A program made the position numbers and the translations under genes. Positions 10,010-20,095 of a stretch of DNA of 64,000 bases are shown here, piece after piece. Source of the DNA: Candidatus Bathyarchaeota archaeon (lineage in GTDB: Archaea; Thermoproteota; Bathyarchaeia; Bathyarchaeales; Bathycorpusculaceae); the NCBI GenBank assembly GCA_963780185.1, contig CAWABA010000009.1, positions 192,001-256,000 of the forward strand. Direction: 5' to 3'. The stretch's first letter is position 1. Every line of letters begins with the position of its first letter. The notes below the pieces were generated by a model. That model searched no databases. It was not told the origin of the DNA and saw only the letters and a list, made by a program, of their open reading frames with translations.

Positions 10010-10420
10010 TTATGGGTTTTTATTGTTGAGTGTTTTTCGTATGTCGTTGATTTTGTCAAGCAGTTTTGTTTCGGTGTTTTCTTGGGGTTTGGCTTCGGGT
10101 GGGGGTGCGGGGTTTGCTGGCTCTTCGTTTGTCGGGCTGATTGTAACTTCGAAAATGCAGCCTGTGAGGTCTTTTTCTTCTTTTTCCTGCAGGATTTCCA
10201 TCACGAGTTTGGGGATGGTTAGGCGTCCGTCGGTTGCCATTTTTGCGAGGAATTCTTCTTCTTCGCCGAAGTTTACTGGGCTGAGGGGTTTGGCGCGTAC
10301 GTTTAGGAGTTGGGTGGGTTCGATTTTGTAGCGCCAGCGGAGGAGTTTGGGGATGGTGATTCGGTTGTGGCGTTGCAGCCGAGTTTTGAATGTTGCTTGT
10401 TCAGTCAGCGGCATGTACAA
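10010..10420 (-). CDS. AbrB/MazE-like double swapped-hairpin DNA-binding protein
   Basis: Two repeats FKTRLQRHNRITIPK / FLAKMATDGRLTIPK; GGTGA RBS upstream. Confidence 0.65.
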   Translation of the reverse strand: MYMPLTEQATFKTRLQRHNRITIPKLLRWRYKIEPTQLLNVRAKPLSPVNFGEEEEFLAKMATDGRLTIPKLVMEILQEKEEKDLTGCIFEVTISPTNEEPANPAPPPEAKPQENTETKLLDKINDIRKTLNNKNP

Positions 10421-10443
10421 TTCACCTTTCTGTACCGTTTAGT

Positions 10444-10544
10444 ATCGTTTTATACCTTTTTACACCTTTTTAAACCTTCTTTCACCCTAACCTAAACGCA
10501 AACCAAGCCCCAAAACAAAAAAACAACCCAAAACACAAACAACA
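10444..10544 (-). repeat. Copy A of ~100-bp G/T-skewed non-coding element (inverted relative to 32133-32244)
   Basis: Reverse complement aligns with 32133-32244: TGTTGTTTGTGTTTTGGGTTG...CGTTTAGGTTAGGGTG...AAGGTTTAAAARGGTGTAAAAAGGT..AAAACGAT. Confidence 0.85.
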
Positions 10545-10702
10545 AAAAACGACACCCTACCCCAATCTTACAACAACCACACAAGCATAAAACTGCACCT
10601 TCCTCCATCAAGCCTAGCCCAGTTTAAGTGAACGCCAGCCGCCGACCCTGACTGTCGACAGAATAGCTAACGGACACAAACTACGCTAAACAGCAACTAA
10701 AC

Positions 10703-10909
10703 TTAGAGAAAACCCAGAATACGCATGACTACAGTGACCAAGAAGCCTAAGCCGCAGCCCAACGCCGTCACCCGCAAGACACCTTTGTCGAGAGGTAGGC
10801 GTGAGGCAAAGTCCGGCAGCGAATACAGCAGCTCAGAGGTGACAAGCAGCACCACAGCGGTTACTGCGAGCCACAGGCTAAGGTCGGATACGCCGAGAGG
10901 AAAAAACAT
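10703..10909 (-). CDS. Small membrane protein of glycosylation locus
   Basis: 2 TM; FPL..SDLSLWLAVTAVVLLVTSELL. Confidence 0.7.
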   Translation of the reverse strand: MFFPLGVSDLSLWLAVTAVVLLVTSELLYSLPDFASRLPLDKGVLRVTALGCGLGFLVTVVMRILGFL

Positions 10910-10920
10910 GCCGTGTGCAC

Positions 10921-11718
10921 CTAGATAAAGTTGAATACCGCGTGGACGCCGCCGTTGACGGGAAAGAAAACCTGCTCCTTGACGACGACAGTTTTGCCCG
11001 AGGCTTTAGCAAGTATGCTTGCGACAGCGCTAACAACTGGGCAACCCAAAATACCGACGCTTCTCATAGGAGGATCAGCACGGTACAGGTTCTGATACAG
11101 AAGCCCCGTCGCGTCTAAGCTAACCCCGTTTTCTGTCAGCGACACCTCAGCGGATTTAGCTAAATTAAACGTCTCCGTTAAGCACCTGGGCAGAAAATCC
11201 ATCAACTCACGAACTTCGACTTTGCTAAAGTCCACGTTAACCTTCTTTTCCATCTGAGCCATAAGCTCCGAACCTGGACAAGTGATAAACACGCCGCGGG
11301 CTTTCTCCGACATAAACTTCCCCTCAGCCAACTCATCAGCCGAAGGCTTCCCATCGAAATCGTCAGAAATGAAAACAACAGGCTCCCTTAAGTTTTCAAG
11401 GTACTGTGGAAGGAAGACGCCTTGAGGGTAAGGAGGAATATAGTAGCCTTTGCCTTCAAACTTCAAATCTTTAATCATTCGGTCAAACGTCGAGTAAGCC
11501 GATTTTGCTGTGCTATCCAGAAGCCCCCGTTCAACGTACCTGTCGTTTCGGGCAAGGGCAAAGACGGCGCCCCAGAAAACTAAGCCTAACCCGACAAAAG
11601 CCGCAACCTCCAGCTCAAAAATCACGGAGACAGCAAGCACCATGATGCCTAGGGCTAAGAAAAAAGCAGCAACCGTTAGGGCGTTACTTCTTATTTTGTT
11701 TTCAGATTTCAATAACAA
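10921..11718 (-). CDS. Membrane-anchored hypothetical protein (C-terminal GCP motif)
   Basis: Two N-terminal TM helices; YIPPYP; GCPVVSAVASILAKASGK. Confidence 0.75.
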   Translation of the reverse strand: MLLKSENKIRSNALTVAAFFLALGIMVLAVSVIFELEVAAFVGLGLVFWGAVFALARNDRYVERGLLDSTAKSAYSTFDRMIKDLKFEGKGYYIPPYPQGVFLPQYLENLREPVVFISDDFDGKPSADELAEGKFMSEKARGVFITCPGSELMAQMEKKVNVDFSKVEVRELMDFLPRCLTETFNLAKSAEVSLTENGVSLDATGLLYQNLYRADPPMRSVGILGCPVVSAVASILAKASGKTVVVKEQVFFPVNGGVHAVFNFI

Positions 11719-11820
11719 AACACCTCAAAACTGAACAACCCAAAAAACCTTAGCGTCCTGAACATCAGTGTCCTAAGCCGAGTTTAAGGATTTTGACAGG
11801 GACCTTCTTGATTCTGCCTA

Positions 11821-13920
11821 TCATGGAACCTCGCCTTCATACACTTGGTTTGCGCCGTTGGAGTAGATAAGATCGGTTTGGTTAAGAATAGGCACCAAGG
11901 TGTTGTTCCAAGCCATTTTCTGATTGTTTACGCTGAGGGAGCTTAAACTCACGAATTGCCCTGGAGATACATAGGTTGTGTTAGAGATGTCCTGCATGTA
12001 TCCAGGCCAGATGAGACCGTAGCCTGTGAGAGCGGAAGCAATTCCGTGGTCGATTATTATGCCTTTTTGGTAGGGAACGTTGCCGTAGATCCATTGAGCG
12101 CAGCATACGCTGCTGCCGTCAACGATTCTGAAATGGTCGTAGAGCATCAGTGGGCTCATTCGGTATCCGCTGAGGGGAAGAGACCAGCTTTCAGTCTTAG
12201 CTACTTCATAAACGAAATTTGTCTGAAACAGAAAATACGGAACCAAAATAACCACGATCAACAACGCAAAAAGCAGTTTCTTCTCACGTTTAAAAACCGC
12301 CTGAATCGCCGTCCACATGCCCACTATGCAGAAAGGCGCCAAAAATATTAGAAGTATATGGTAGAACCGCGTCATGTTCAAAGTATCAGCTAACCCCGGA
12401 ACCACCACCAAAGCAACCAAAAAAGCCACAGCAATCAAGCTAAATACCGTATATTCTCTGTCGAAACGAAAATGAGTCTTCTTCAAAAGCAAAGCAGCTA
12501 TACCAACTACAATGAACAGTTCAGTCAGGTACGCAAAGCCTCTGCTGATGGTGTTAAGCATCGAGGGCGACTGCGCTAAGCCTAACCCAGCTAAAACTTC
12601 CTGTCCTCTGGAAGCGGGCGTAAAGATTCCGCCAAATTGAGAAGCAACCGTGGTTGCGAACGAAGTAAAGCTGTTGAAGACGACGGAGCCTGAAGTGAAA
12701 ATGTACCAGGCAAACATTGCTACCAAGAAAAACAGAATCATGTTTGATTTCAAAGTAAAATTTGGGTGCTTCAGATAAATCGACGCCAGCCACGCGACGA
12801 AAATTAGCAGGAGAAAGATTTCTGCCAATGCGTAATGGGAAAAGATTAAGGCGACGCTGAAGACCGCGAAACTGGTGAATTTGACCCCGCCTTTGATCTT
12901 CTTGTTTACTAAAAGAAGCAGCAACAGGACAAAGAATAATTCGCCGACCATCTGGCGGTTTAGACCGGGTAGTTCTGTGAAGAATGTTATGTCAGCCATG
13001 AATAGGAAGGCTGCGAAGAAAGAGAGTTTCTTGCCGATGTAGGGATGCCACAGAGCGTAGAGACCGAGGGGCACTAATGCGAAAAGGAGTGGAGTAATTA
13101 TTTTGTAAACCCAGGTTAACGAGAAACCCAGCATGTTTGAGTACACTGTTGGGAGGATTGTGATGCTGAGCATTGCGTTGTATCTGCCGAACACGAGGTC
13201 GGAGGGTGAGAACACTGGGTTCCAATGTGAAAGCAGCTGAGTTTGTCCAGCTACCAGCAACTCGTTTGCTGAGTCGCTTCCGCCTGGCTGAACAAAGTTA
13301 GAGATCAAGGATGTCTGAAACAGCAATGCTAAGGCAATCATGCAGATGGCGAAGGGGTAGACGCTTGTGGCCTTTGAATAAAACGCCACTGCAGTGAACA
13401 GCAAGGCGATGGAAACTATCATCAGCAACAGGAAAGAACTGTTGCCTGTTACGTTGACAAGGTAGGTTCCAAAAATGCTTAAGAGGGGAATTAGAGATAG
13501 CAGCAAGAACGACGGCGAAAAGTCTTGATTTCGGGGTGCAGAAGTGGGTTCTTCTTTTCTCTGCCGAGCATATGCTACAGTCGCGCCGACAAGAATCAGG
13601 GTATTTATGAATAAGGACAAAGGCAAGGTTGAAAGCGGGAAGCCAAAACCAACGATTGAGCCAACCTCGTTTATCGCTAGTCCTGAAAGCATGATGAAAG
13701 CTACGCTGAAGCCGACAGCGTAGAGAATGTATTCGGTAGTGCCTAATTCAAGTTTTAGAAGTTTTATGAAAATGATGCCTGGGATGAAAGTCAGGTAGAT
13801 TAGACCGACTGTTTCTCTGACAGCGGGTAAATTGAGGAAGAGCGAAATGTACATTATGATTTGTAGAAAAACCACAATGAATAGAAAGTTACTCGGAAAG
13901 TATTTTGAACTAAGACCCAT
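11821..13920 (-). CDS. DUF2206-type polytopic membrane protein (possible GT-C glycosyltransferase)
   Basis: Many TM helices; LTFIPG, YNAMLSITILP, RQMVGELF, FSHY, LNMTRFYHI motifs. Confidence 0.75.
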   Translation of the reverse strand: MGLSSKYFPSNFLFIVVFLQIIMYISLFLNLPAVRETVGLIYLTFIPGIIFIKLLKLELGTTEYILYAVGFSVAFIMLSGLAINEVGSIVGFGFPLSTLPLSLFINTLILVGATVAYARQRKEEPTSAPRNQDFSPSFLLLSLIPLLSIFGTYLVNVTGNSSFLLLMIVSIALLFTAVAFYSKATSVYPFAICMIALALLFQTSLISNFVQPGGSDSANELLVAGQTQLLSHWNPVFSPSDLVFGRYNAMLSITILPTVYSNMLGFSLTWVYKIITPLLFALVPLGLYALWHPYIGKKLSFFAAFLFMADITFFTELPGLNRQMVGELFFVLLLLLLVNKKIKGGVKFTSFAVFSVALIFSHYALAEIFLLLIFVAWLASIYLKHPNFTLKSNMILFFLVAMFAWYIFTSGSVVFNSFTSFATTVASQFGGIFTPASRGQEVLAGLGLAQSPSMLNTISRGFAYLTELFIVVGIAALLLKKTHFRFDREYTVFSLIAVAFLVALVVVPGLADTLNMTRFYHILLIFLAPFCIVGMWTAIQAVFKREKKLLFALLIVVILVPYFLFQTNFVYEVAKTESWSLPLSGYRMSPLMLYDHFRIVDGSSVCCAQWIYGNVPYQKGIIIDHGIASALTGYGLIWPGYMQDISNTTYVSPGQFVSLSSLSVNNQKMAWNNTLVPILNQTDLIYSNGANQVYEGEVP

Positions 13921-13968
13921 TTTTGCACCAGAACTAGACTGATTCTTGCAGAATGCTAACTACCCAAT

Positions 13969-14925
13969 TTAGCTGATTCTTCGACGTTCAAAAGAGGAGA
14001 AGTTGCCTACCTTTATCTCTTTTAGATGCCTCAGCATGTTAATTTGTGCTTTAATGGTGAAAAAGGTAGACTTGGCATTTCTACCCAAGAGGTTGATCAT
14101 GAGACGACCGAAAAAGATACCGTAGATAAAATTGATGACATTCCAAGGGGTTTGTTTTATGTTTTTGAAGAAGAAGTAGGTGTGATAAGATATTTCCATT
14201 TGAACTCTGTATTCAGGGGTTATTCTTCCCAGCTGCGAACCCTTATGGATCAACTTCGCCTGCGGGATCAAGTATAAGGAGTTGGGGTAGCTTTTTTGTA
14301 CGCGATAAGAGATATCCATATCCTCGCAGAGGGAATACTTCTTCAAGTTTTCGTCCCATCTAATCGTATTCAATATTTTTCTTTTGAAACATGAATTTGC
14401 TCCGGGAAGCCACTGTGAATTGATTGTTCGCGTCAGGGGTATCGGATAGGAAATCGCTGTAGGCAGCACTCGGCACTTGTCTTTTTCATAGAAGTAAAAT
14501 AGGAAAGTTCTGTTAATCGCGTTTGTGCGGGGGTTCGGCCAGTAATCGGGGCTTCGTATGTATCCGCCTACGCCTAAAGCATCGGGATGATTGCCGTGAA
14601 ACTCCAATATTTCCTTCAAGTAGTTTTTGTCTAAAACAACGTCGTCGTCCAAGCTGACGTGAATTTCGCATGTTGAATGCGCTAGTCCTATGTTTCGAGC
14701 TTCTGCCAGACCTTTTCCTTTGCCACGGACATACTCAATCTCAATGTTCTTTTCCGAAAAGTCTCCCGCAACGCGATTCACCAGCTTCTCAGTCTCCTGG
14801 TTTTTGCTGTCATCTACGATAATTACTTTTTTGGGAAGCACTGTTTGTTCCAGAATAGATGATAGAAGTGACTCTATGACTTCAGCACGGTTTAGGGTCG
14901 GGATAGCAATCGAACAATCAGCCAT
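13969..14925 (-). CDS. Glycosyltransferase family 2
   Basis: SIAIPTLNR, IIVDDS, ARNIG, LDDD, EDMDISYR. Confidence 0.92.
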   Translation of the reverse strand: MADCSIAIPTLNRAEVIESLLSSILEQTVLPKKVIIVDDSKNQETEKLVNRVAGDFSEKNIEIEYVRGKGKGLAEARNIGLAHSTCEIHVSLDDDVVLDKNYLKEILEFHGNHPDALGVGGYIRSPDYWPNPRTNAINRTFLFYFYEKDKCRVLPTAISYPIPLTRTINSQWLPGANSCFKRKILNTIRWDENLKKYSLCEDMDISYRVQKSYPNSLYLIPQAKLIHKGSQLGRITPEYRVQMEISYHTYFFFKNIKQTPWNVINFIYGIFFGRLMINLLGRNAKSTFFTIKAQINMLRHLKEIKVGNFSSFERRRIS

Positions 14926-15303
14926 CTCAAAACATCCGTTGGCTTTCGTTTTTAACTACATGCCTAGTTTATTTGACTCGTATTTGTGATGGAATTTTGA
15001 TGTAAATACTGATACCCCCTCCCCTCGGTCTTTGAAGCCATTTTTACCTCGGTTTTTAGATGTAAAAATGGGGGACCCTTCTTGGGTAGGTGGTTTTTGG
15101 TTAGGGGTTGTTTCGGGCTGGATCTTTATTTTAGAGCCCAAATCAAGCAGAATGTGACCGCGTTCTCAAGGCGGAAAACAAATGGACTGCTTATTCTTTT
15201 AGGTATAAACCCATTCATACCTTCTCCCGATGACGTCTGATTTAAAGCGGGCTTTTTTCAGGTCGCCTTTTTGGTTTAGGGCTTGAACCGTTTGCAGGTG
15301 ACT

Positions 15304-16218
15304 TCAGGGTCGGGTTGTTGAATCTTGGATTTGACCCTTCATAAACCCCAGGGTCCAAGCGGTCAGTTTCAATCCGAAGTGAAGAGGCAGCAGAAACACG
15401 CTTTTCTTATACAGCAACTTGTAGGCCTGAAGTGAATACAGCGCGCCCGCAACTAGCCCCGCTAGAGGAGTCATGCGAGGAATCGAAAACGCCTCCCCAG
15501 TCGTGCTCACCGTCCGTTGGCATCCGTAACCGTACCAGAAATACTTCTTCCACAAATCCTTAGGCTTCGACAATCCGCCATGCAACTCATAGAGTTCCGT
15601 CATATTGGGTTTTATTTGCCAGCCTGCCCTCTTGATTCTTAAAACCAGGTCGGTGTCTTCGCTTGAACCCTGGATTTTTTCGTCAAAACCGTTCACCTGC
15701 CTTAAAGCTGTGACTCGAAAGGCTGTGCCTCCGGTTCCTACGAGCTTGGCAGTTTTCCACAGGAAACTTCTGGGGTTCAGGTAGTTTCGTTGGTTAACGA
15801 TGTGAGGGATGACTTCAAGGTTAAGCATCAAGTTGCCAGGCACTGTTTTGAAAATTCCCGAGGTTATACCCACATGAGGGTTAGTCTCCATCACGTCGAC
15901 TTGCGCCGTAATGTAGCCACGTGTCAAAACCTCATCGGCATCCACGAAAAGCACGTATTCGCCGTCAGCGTTGTTCACGATTAGGTTTCTTGCGTGTCCC
16001 AACCCTTGACCAGTGGTTCTGAGGGCTTTTGCGTTGGATCCAAACTGGGAAACGTAATCGGCAATGATTTGGGGCGTCCTGTCGTGGCTTCCGTCGTCAA
16101 CAAAAATGAGTTGTAAACTTTCAACGGGATAATCTTGGTTGATGACGCTTTTCACGGCGTTTTGAAGCATACCTTCACCGTTGCGAACGCAGAAACCAAC
16201 GGTGACAAGAGGCTTCAT
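15304..16218 (-). CDS. Glycosyltransferase family 2
   Basis: FVDDGSHDRT, ARN, FVDADE, GFDE...EDTDL. Confidence 0.92.
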   Translation of the reverse strand: MKPLVTVGFCVRNGEGMLQNAVKSVINQDYPVESLQLIFVDDGSHDRTPQIIADYVSQFGSNAKALRTTGQGLGHARNLIVNNADGEYVLFVDADEVLTRGYITAQVDVMETNPHVGITSGIFKTVPGNLMLNLEVIPHIVNQRNYLNPRSFLWKTAKLVGTGGTAFRVTALRQVNGFDEKIQGSSEDTDLVLRIKRAGWQIKPNMTELYELHGGLSKPKDLWKKYFWYGYGCQRTVSTTGEAFSIPRMTPLAGLVAGALYSLQAYKLLYKKSVFLLPLHFGLKLTAWTLGFMKGQIQDSTTRP

Positions 16219-16272
16219 TGATAATCCTTCTACGCAAGTGCTTTGATTAAATCGCTTGGACGGAAGGCGTTG

Positions 16273-16692
16273 TCATTTGAAGAATTTGACGGGTTTTGCT
16301 GGGACGCCGACTGCCAAGCAGTTTGATGGAATGTTTTTGGCGACTACTGCGCCTGCTCCGATGACGGAGTTTTCGCCGATGGTTACGCCGGGAAGGATTG
16401 TGACGTTAATGGATACACGAACACCGTTCTTGATTACAACTGGCCTAATTCTGCCTTCACCCGCCTTGTAACCCTTCAAAACATTCGAATGAGACAGAAT
16501 GTAGTCATAGCCAGCTAAGATTACGTCGTCGCCGATTGTGATATTGGAAAACATAACGTCTAGGAAAATGTGGCTTCCGAACAAGGTACGTTGCCCAATT
16601 TTGATTCCGGCGCTTCGATACATTTTTACCCTAAGGTTTTCCATCGGCGCGTACATGCCGAAGAAGCGCTTCAGCATCAAAAACACAGTCAT
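16273..16692 (-). CDS. Hexapeptide-repeat O-acyltransferase
   Basis: ILPGVTIGENSVIGAGAVV...GVPAK left-handed beta-helix. Confidence 0.92.
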   Translation of the reverse strand: MTVFLMLKRFFGMYAPMENLRVKMYRSAGIKIGQRTLFGSHIFLDVMFSNITIGDDVILAGYDYILSHSNVLKGYKAGEGRIRPVVIKNGVRVSINVTILPGVTIGENSVIGAGAVVAKNIPSNCLAVGVPAKPVKFFK

Positions 16693-16694
16693 GC

Positions 16695-17639
16695 CTAAAT
16701 CCCCGCGGAAAGGCTGCTTCGAAGTTGATGCCCATATCCTTTAATGTGTGCATTGCAGAAACCAGAGAGCCAAGCTATCCGTTTGAAAGTGTAGTGGATC
16801 GGCAACAAAAAGAAAGATTTTTTATGGGTAAGCAGAAAAGCTCCTGGTGAACGCAAAACTCCCGCGATGAAACCTGCCATAGGCGTCATTTTCAAAAGAC
16901 TAAGCATGTTTGGGTCCTTATGGTAGATGTAATGACCTCCGCGTCCATACCAAACATATTGGTTCCACAAGGAAAACCATGATGCCCTCGTAGACTCCGT
17001 AAACATTTCTTCAGTTACAGCCAAAGCCCATCCATGCGCCTTCACCCGGAAAGCCATCTCCGTATCTTCTGCTGCACCGTTTATTCGAGTATCAAAACCG
17101 CCAACTTGGCGAACCGAGTCAACCCTGTAAATTGCCCCTTCCGCACCTGGCAAATACCCAAACTTTGACGCTTCAGCTTTCTGCCCGAAAACCGAATCAA
17201 CGGCGTAAACGATGTTTTCCAAGTCGGCTACCAAGCCGTATCCAGTATTGACGTTGTATTTTCCTCCAGCAATTCCGACTTGAGGAGATTTTTCCATGAA
17301 GAGAACTTGGTTTTCCAAGTAATCAGACGGCAGAATCATGTCCGCATCGAGCCAAACAATGTATTTTCCGCTTGCCTTGTTGACCACAATTTGTCTTGCA
17401 ATTCCAAGTCCGCTGCTTTCACTGAAAATCTTCACCTTGAAAGCGACGCGTTGAAGACCGTTTCTGATTATTTCAAGAGTGGCATCTTTGCTGTTGCCGT
17501 CGACAACGATTACCTCAACGTTTTTGTGCGGGAAAGTCTGGTCAACCAAACTATTCACTGCTTTGGCTATCGTAGGCTGCGCGTTTTTCACGCATAGCCC
17601 CACGGTTACGGTTACAGGCTGTGACAGCAAAAGGCTCAC
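16695..17639 (-). CDS. Glycosyltransferase family 2 (paralog of 15304-16218)
   Basis: VVDGNSKDAT, WLDADM, GGFD...AEDTE, QYVWYGRG. Confidence 0.92.
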   Translation of the reverse strand: MSLLLSQPVTVTVGLCVKNAQPTIAKAVNSLVDQTFPHKNVEVIVVDGNSKDATLEIIRNGLQRVAFKVKIFSESSGLGIARQIVVNKASGKYIVWLDADMILPSDYLENQVLFMEKSPQVGIAGGKYNVNTGYGLVADLENIVYAVDSVFGQKAEASKFGYLPGAEGAIYRVDSVRQVGGFDTRINGAAEDTEMAFRVKAHGWALAVTEEMFTESTRASWFSLWNQYVWYGRGGHYIYHKDPNMLSLLKMTPMAGFIAGVLRSPGAFLLTHKKSFFLLPIHYTFKRIAWLSGFCNAHIKGYGHQLRSSLSAGI

Positions 17640-17655
17640 TCAAAAACTGTCAATT

Positions 17656-18825
17656 TTAGATTAGCTTTTTTTCTTTAAGCAGGGATTCGCTCAACACGAA
17701 TCTTGATTCCTGGATAGGCTTCCACAAATTGAATTTCCGATTTGTCAAATGCGAGCTTAGGGCGGCAAGCAGGATAAAATTGCTCTGGAAAACTTCAAGA
17801 AACGTTGTCCTCACCTTTCTGTCCAGTAATGCTGCAATAGTAATCAATGCGAGTGTTAACATGGGAAGCGGATAAAGAAACAAGGCAAAACCAGACAGCA
17901 CGAATAATGCGACCAGCAGCGTTGGATTAAAAATGTGCAGTAATATTTCTGGGATTGCGATGCGTTTTGGTATCGCTAACTTGCCGTGTACAAGTAAGTT
18001 TAGGCATCTGCCCCAAAGTTGTTGAAGCTGGCTCGCGCGCCTGATTTTTATGGCGATTTTGTTTCTCCAAATTGTGGGGCTGGTTGTGTAGAACCCGATT
18101 TCAGGAATTAAGATGGCACGTTTTCTTTTTTGAATGACATCTAACGCTGTGCCTGAATCGTCCGTTGAATCGTTGAATTCTTCAAGCATGCTTCGTTTGA
18201 ACGCGGCAAAACCGCCTTGGAAAAAAAGTGTTGAATGGAGCTTTGATTCGCCGACCCTCATTGTCTGGACTGTATCGTTATAAAATTGTTCACCAACTGT
18301 AACCCATGTATCTTTAGGGTTTAGAAGCAATTCACGTGCCGTTATTGCTCCGACGTCTGGGTCAGATAAGTAAACTAAAGCCTTCTGAAGTATGTCATGA
18401 GGCCAAAAGCAGTCGGCGTCGGAAATTATCACAACGTCAGCGCTGACGTTTCTCAGGGCGCAGTTGAGGCACCCAGTTTTTCCCAGATGTTCTTTGCTGT
18501 CAAATATGCTTATTTTTTGGGATGGATTATTCTTGATGTACTCGTTTACTTCTTTGAGAGTGTTGTCTTTTGACGAATCGTTAACTATTATTATTTCCAT
18601 TTTGTCTGATGGATAAGAGACTTTAGACAAGTTCTCCAATTTCAGAGGGATGGTTTTCTCTTCATTATAAACTGGCACAAAAATGGCTGTTGTAGGAACA
18701 TAGTCGGTTTTTTTATCCAAGTTCCAAACAGCCGCTGAACGCTTCTTCATGTACAAAAAGTAAAAGCCTGGGACCCCGAGAAAAAATAAAGCCACAAAAA
18801 ACCAAGCGAATAAAATAAAGTCCAT
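17656..18825 (-). CDS. Membrane-bound GT2 (cellulose-synthase-like superfamily)
   Basis: N-terminal TM, VPVYNEE, VNDSSKD, GKTGCLN, SDAD, C-terminal TMs. Confidence 0.88.
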   Translation of the reverse strand: MDFILFAWFFVALFFLGVPGFYFLYMKKRSAAVWNLDKKTDYVPTTAIFVPVYNEEKTIPLKLENLSKVSYPSDKMEIIIVNDSSKDNTLKEVNEYIKNNPSQKISIFDSKEHLGKTGCLNCALRNVSADVVIISDADCFWPHDILQKALVYLSDPDVGAITARELLLNPKDTWVTVGEQFYNDTVQTMRVGESKLHSTLFFQGGFAAFKRSMLEEFNDSTDDSGTALDVIQKRKRAILIPEIGFYTTSPTIWRNKIAIKIRRASQLQQLWGRCLNLLVHGKLAIPKRIAIPEILLHIFNPTLLVALFVLSGFALFLYPLPMLTLALITIAALLDRKVRTTFLEVFQSNFILLAALSSHLTNRKFNLWKPIQESRFVLSESLLKEKKLI

Positions 18826-18858
18826 TAAAATTCTCCAAAAAACTGTTAAAAAAAGAGG

Positions 18859-19102
18859 TTACGGCTCAAGAAAAGGTAGAAGAACGTCGCCTGACGCCTT
18901 CACAAAAAAAGTTAATCAGCTTCAACTGAAAATCCCAAGAAATCGAATGCAGCCGATGGCTATAATGAGGAAAAGTCTTTATCACATCGGCCATTTTAAC
19001 GCCGTCTTCAATAACCTTGATGTTTTCTGTTCCGCCAAGCTTTTCTTCGGCTGCCAGACTGAGGTATTGAACTTTTTTGGGTTGAAGCGCATTAACGCCA
19101 AA
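18859..19102 (-). pseudogene. Start-less 3' remnant of a DUF362-like gene
   Basis: Reads FGVNALQPKKVQYLSLAAEEKLG...KTFPHYSHRLHSISW, a layout resembling the tail of the DUF362 protein at 21979; no start codon; frameshift in a T-run. Confidence 0.45.
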
Positions 19103-19138
19103 CTCAAAAAAAAGTGAATTTGCAGGTTAATTTCTAAA

Positions 19139-19903
19139 TTAGAATTTTATGCTTTCAAAAAGAATTCTCTTCATTATTCCCAAACCGTGTCTGAGCTTCA
19201 GCTTTTTCTCGCCCAGCCGAATTCGGTAATTAATCGGAATTTCCACAATTCGGTAACCGCTACGCCCGACAACAGCGTTCATTTCAGCCTCCACATCGAA
19301 GCCTTTGCTTTTGGGTTTCCACCCGTCAAGAAGTTCGCTTCGAACAATTCGCAGGCCAGACAGGGGATCATCAAGTTTAACACCGTTCAGCACCAGCTGG
19401 GCAAACGCCAACATTTTGTTGCCTAAATAAAACGGGTTCATCACCGATTTGCTGTTGTTTTGACCTTTGAATCTGTTGCCGATAACCATACCGACATCGG
19501 GGTTTTGCTCTAAAACCTCAACCATTCTCGGAACGTACTCAGCAGGATAAGTGTAATCTGCGTCGGTAAAAACGACGTAGGGTACTTTTGAGCGTAGATT
19601 TTGGAAGCCTTGAAACATTGCGTCCCCCTTGCCTTTCCCCCCTTGAAGCAAAACATCGGCGCCCATGTTTTTGGCTATTTCAATGGTTCTGTCCACGCTG
19701 TTGCCGTCCACGATGACCAAGTAGGGGTTGTCGAGTTGTTTCTGCAATTCTTCAATGGTGGGCCCTATTCCTTCTTCCTCGTTTAGCGTTGCAATAACCA
19801 CGGAAACGCTTGGCCGATGCTCTTTAGAAAGAGATGACTCAAAAGCAGTTTCTTCATGGATTGATGTAATAACCACTGAATCATTTAGTCGAATTTCGGT
19901 CAT
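19139..19903 (-). CDS. GT2, dolichol-phosphate glycosyltransferase (DPM1/AglJ-like)
   Basis: VIATLNEEEGI, VDGNSVDRT, GKGDA, DADYTYP, VIGNR, DPLSGLR, FDVEAE, GEKKL. Confidence 0.9.
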   Translation of the reverse strand: MTEIRLNDSVVITSIHEETAFESSLSKEHRPSVSVVIATLNEEEGIGPTIEELQKQLDNPYLVIVDGNSVDRTIEIAKNMGADVLLQGGKGKGDAMFQGFQNLRSKVPYVVFTDADYTYPAEYVPRMVEVLEQNPDVGMVIGNRFKGQNNSKSVMNPFYLGNKMLAFAQLVLNGVKLDDPLSGLRIVRSELLDGWKPKSKGFDVEAEMNAVVGRSGYRIVEIPINYRIRLGEKKLKLRHGLGIMKRILFESIKF

Positions 19904-20095
19904 GAATAGACCTCCGAAAATTAAAAATAGCGTTATGAACTATGCAGAGAAAACAAACATTTAAAGTCGTAAGGACTAAAGCTACCGAACAATCAAATAA
20001 TGTTCTATAACTTTTCATCCAAAGTCAACACTGAGTGATTTTCAGGTATTCTAACAAAAAGTAACCGTTCAAGGAAGCTTTAACCTAGGCTGAAA

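Noticed and set aside
9957-10331. Plus-strand hydrophobic ORFs here, and most other antisense ORFs in the track
   Set aside because: Shadow frames of well-supported genes with no motifs of their own.
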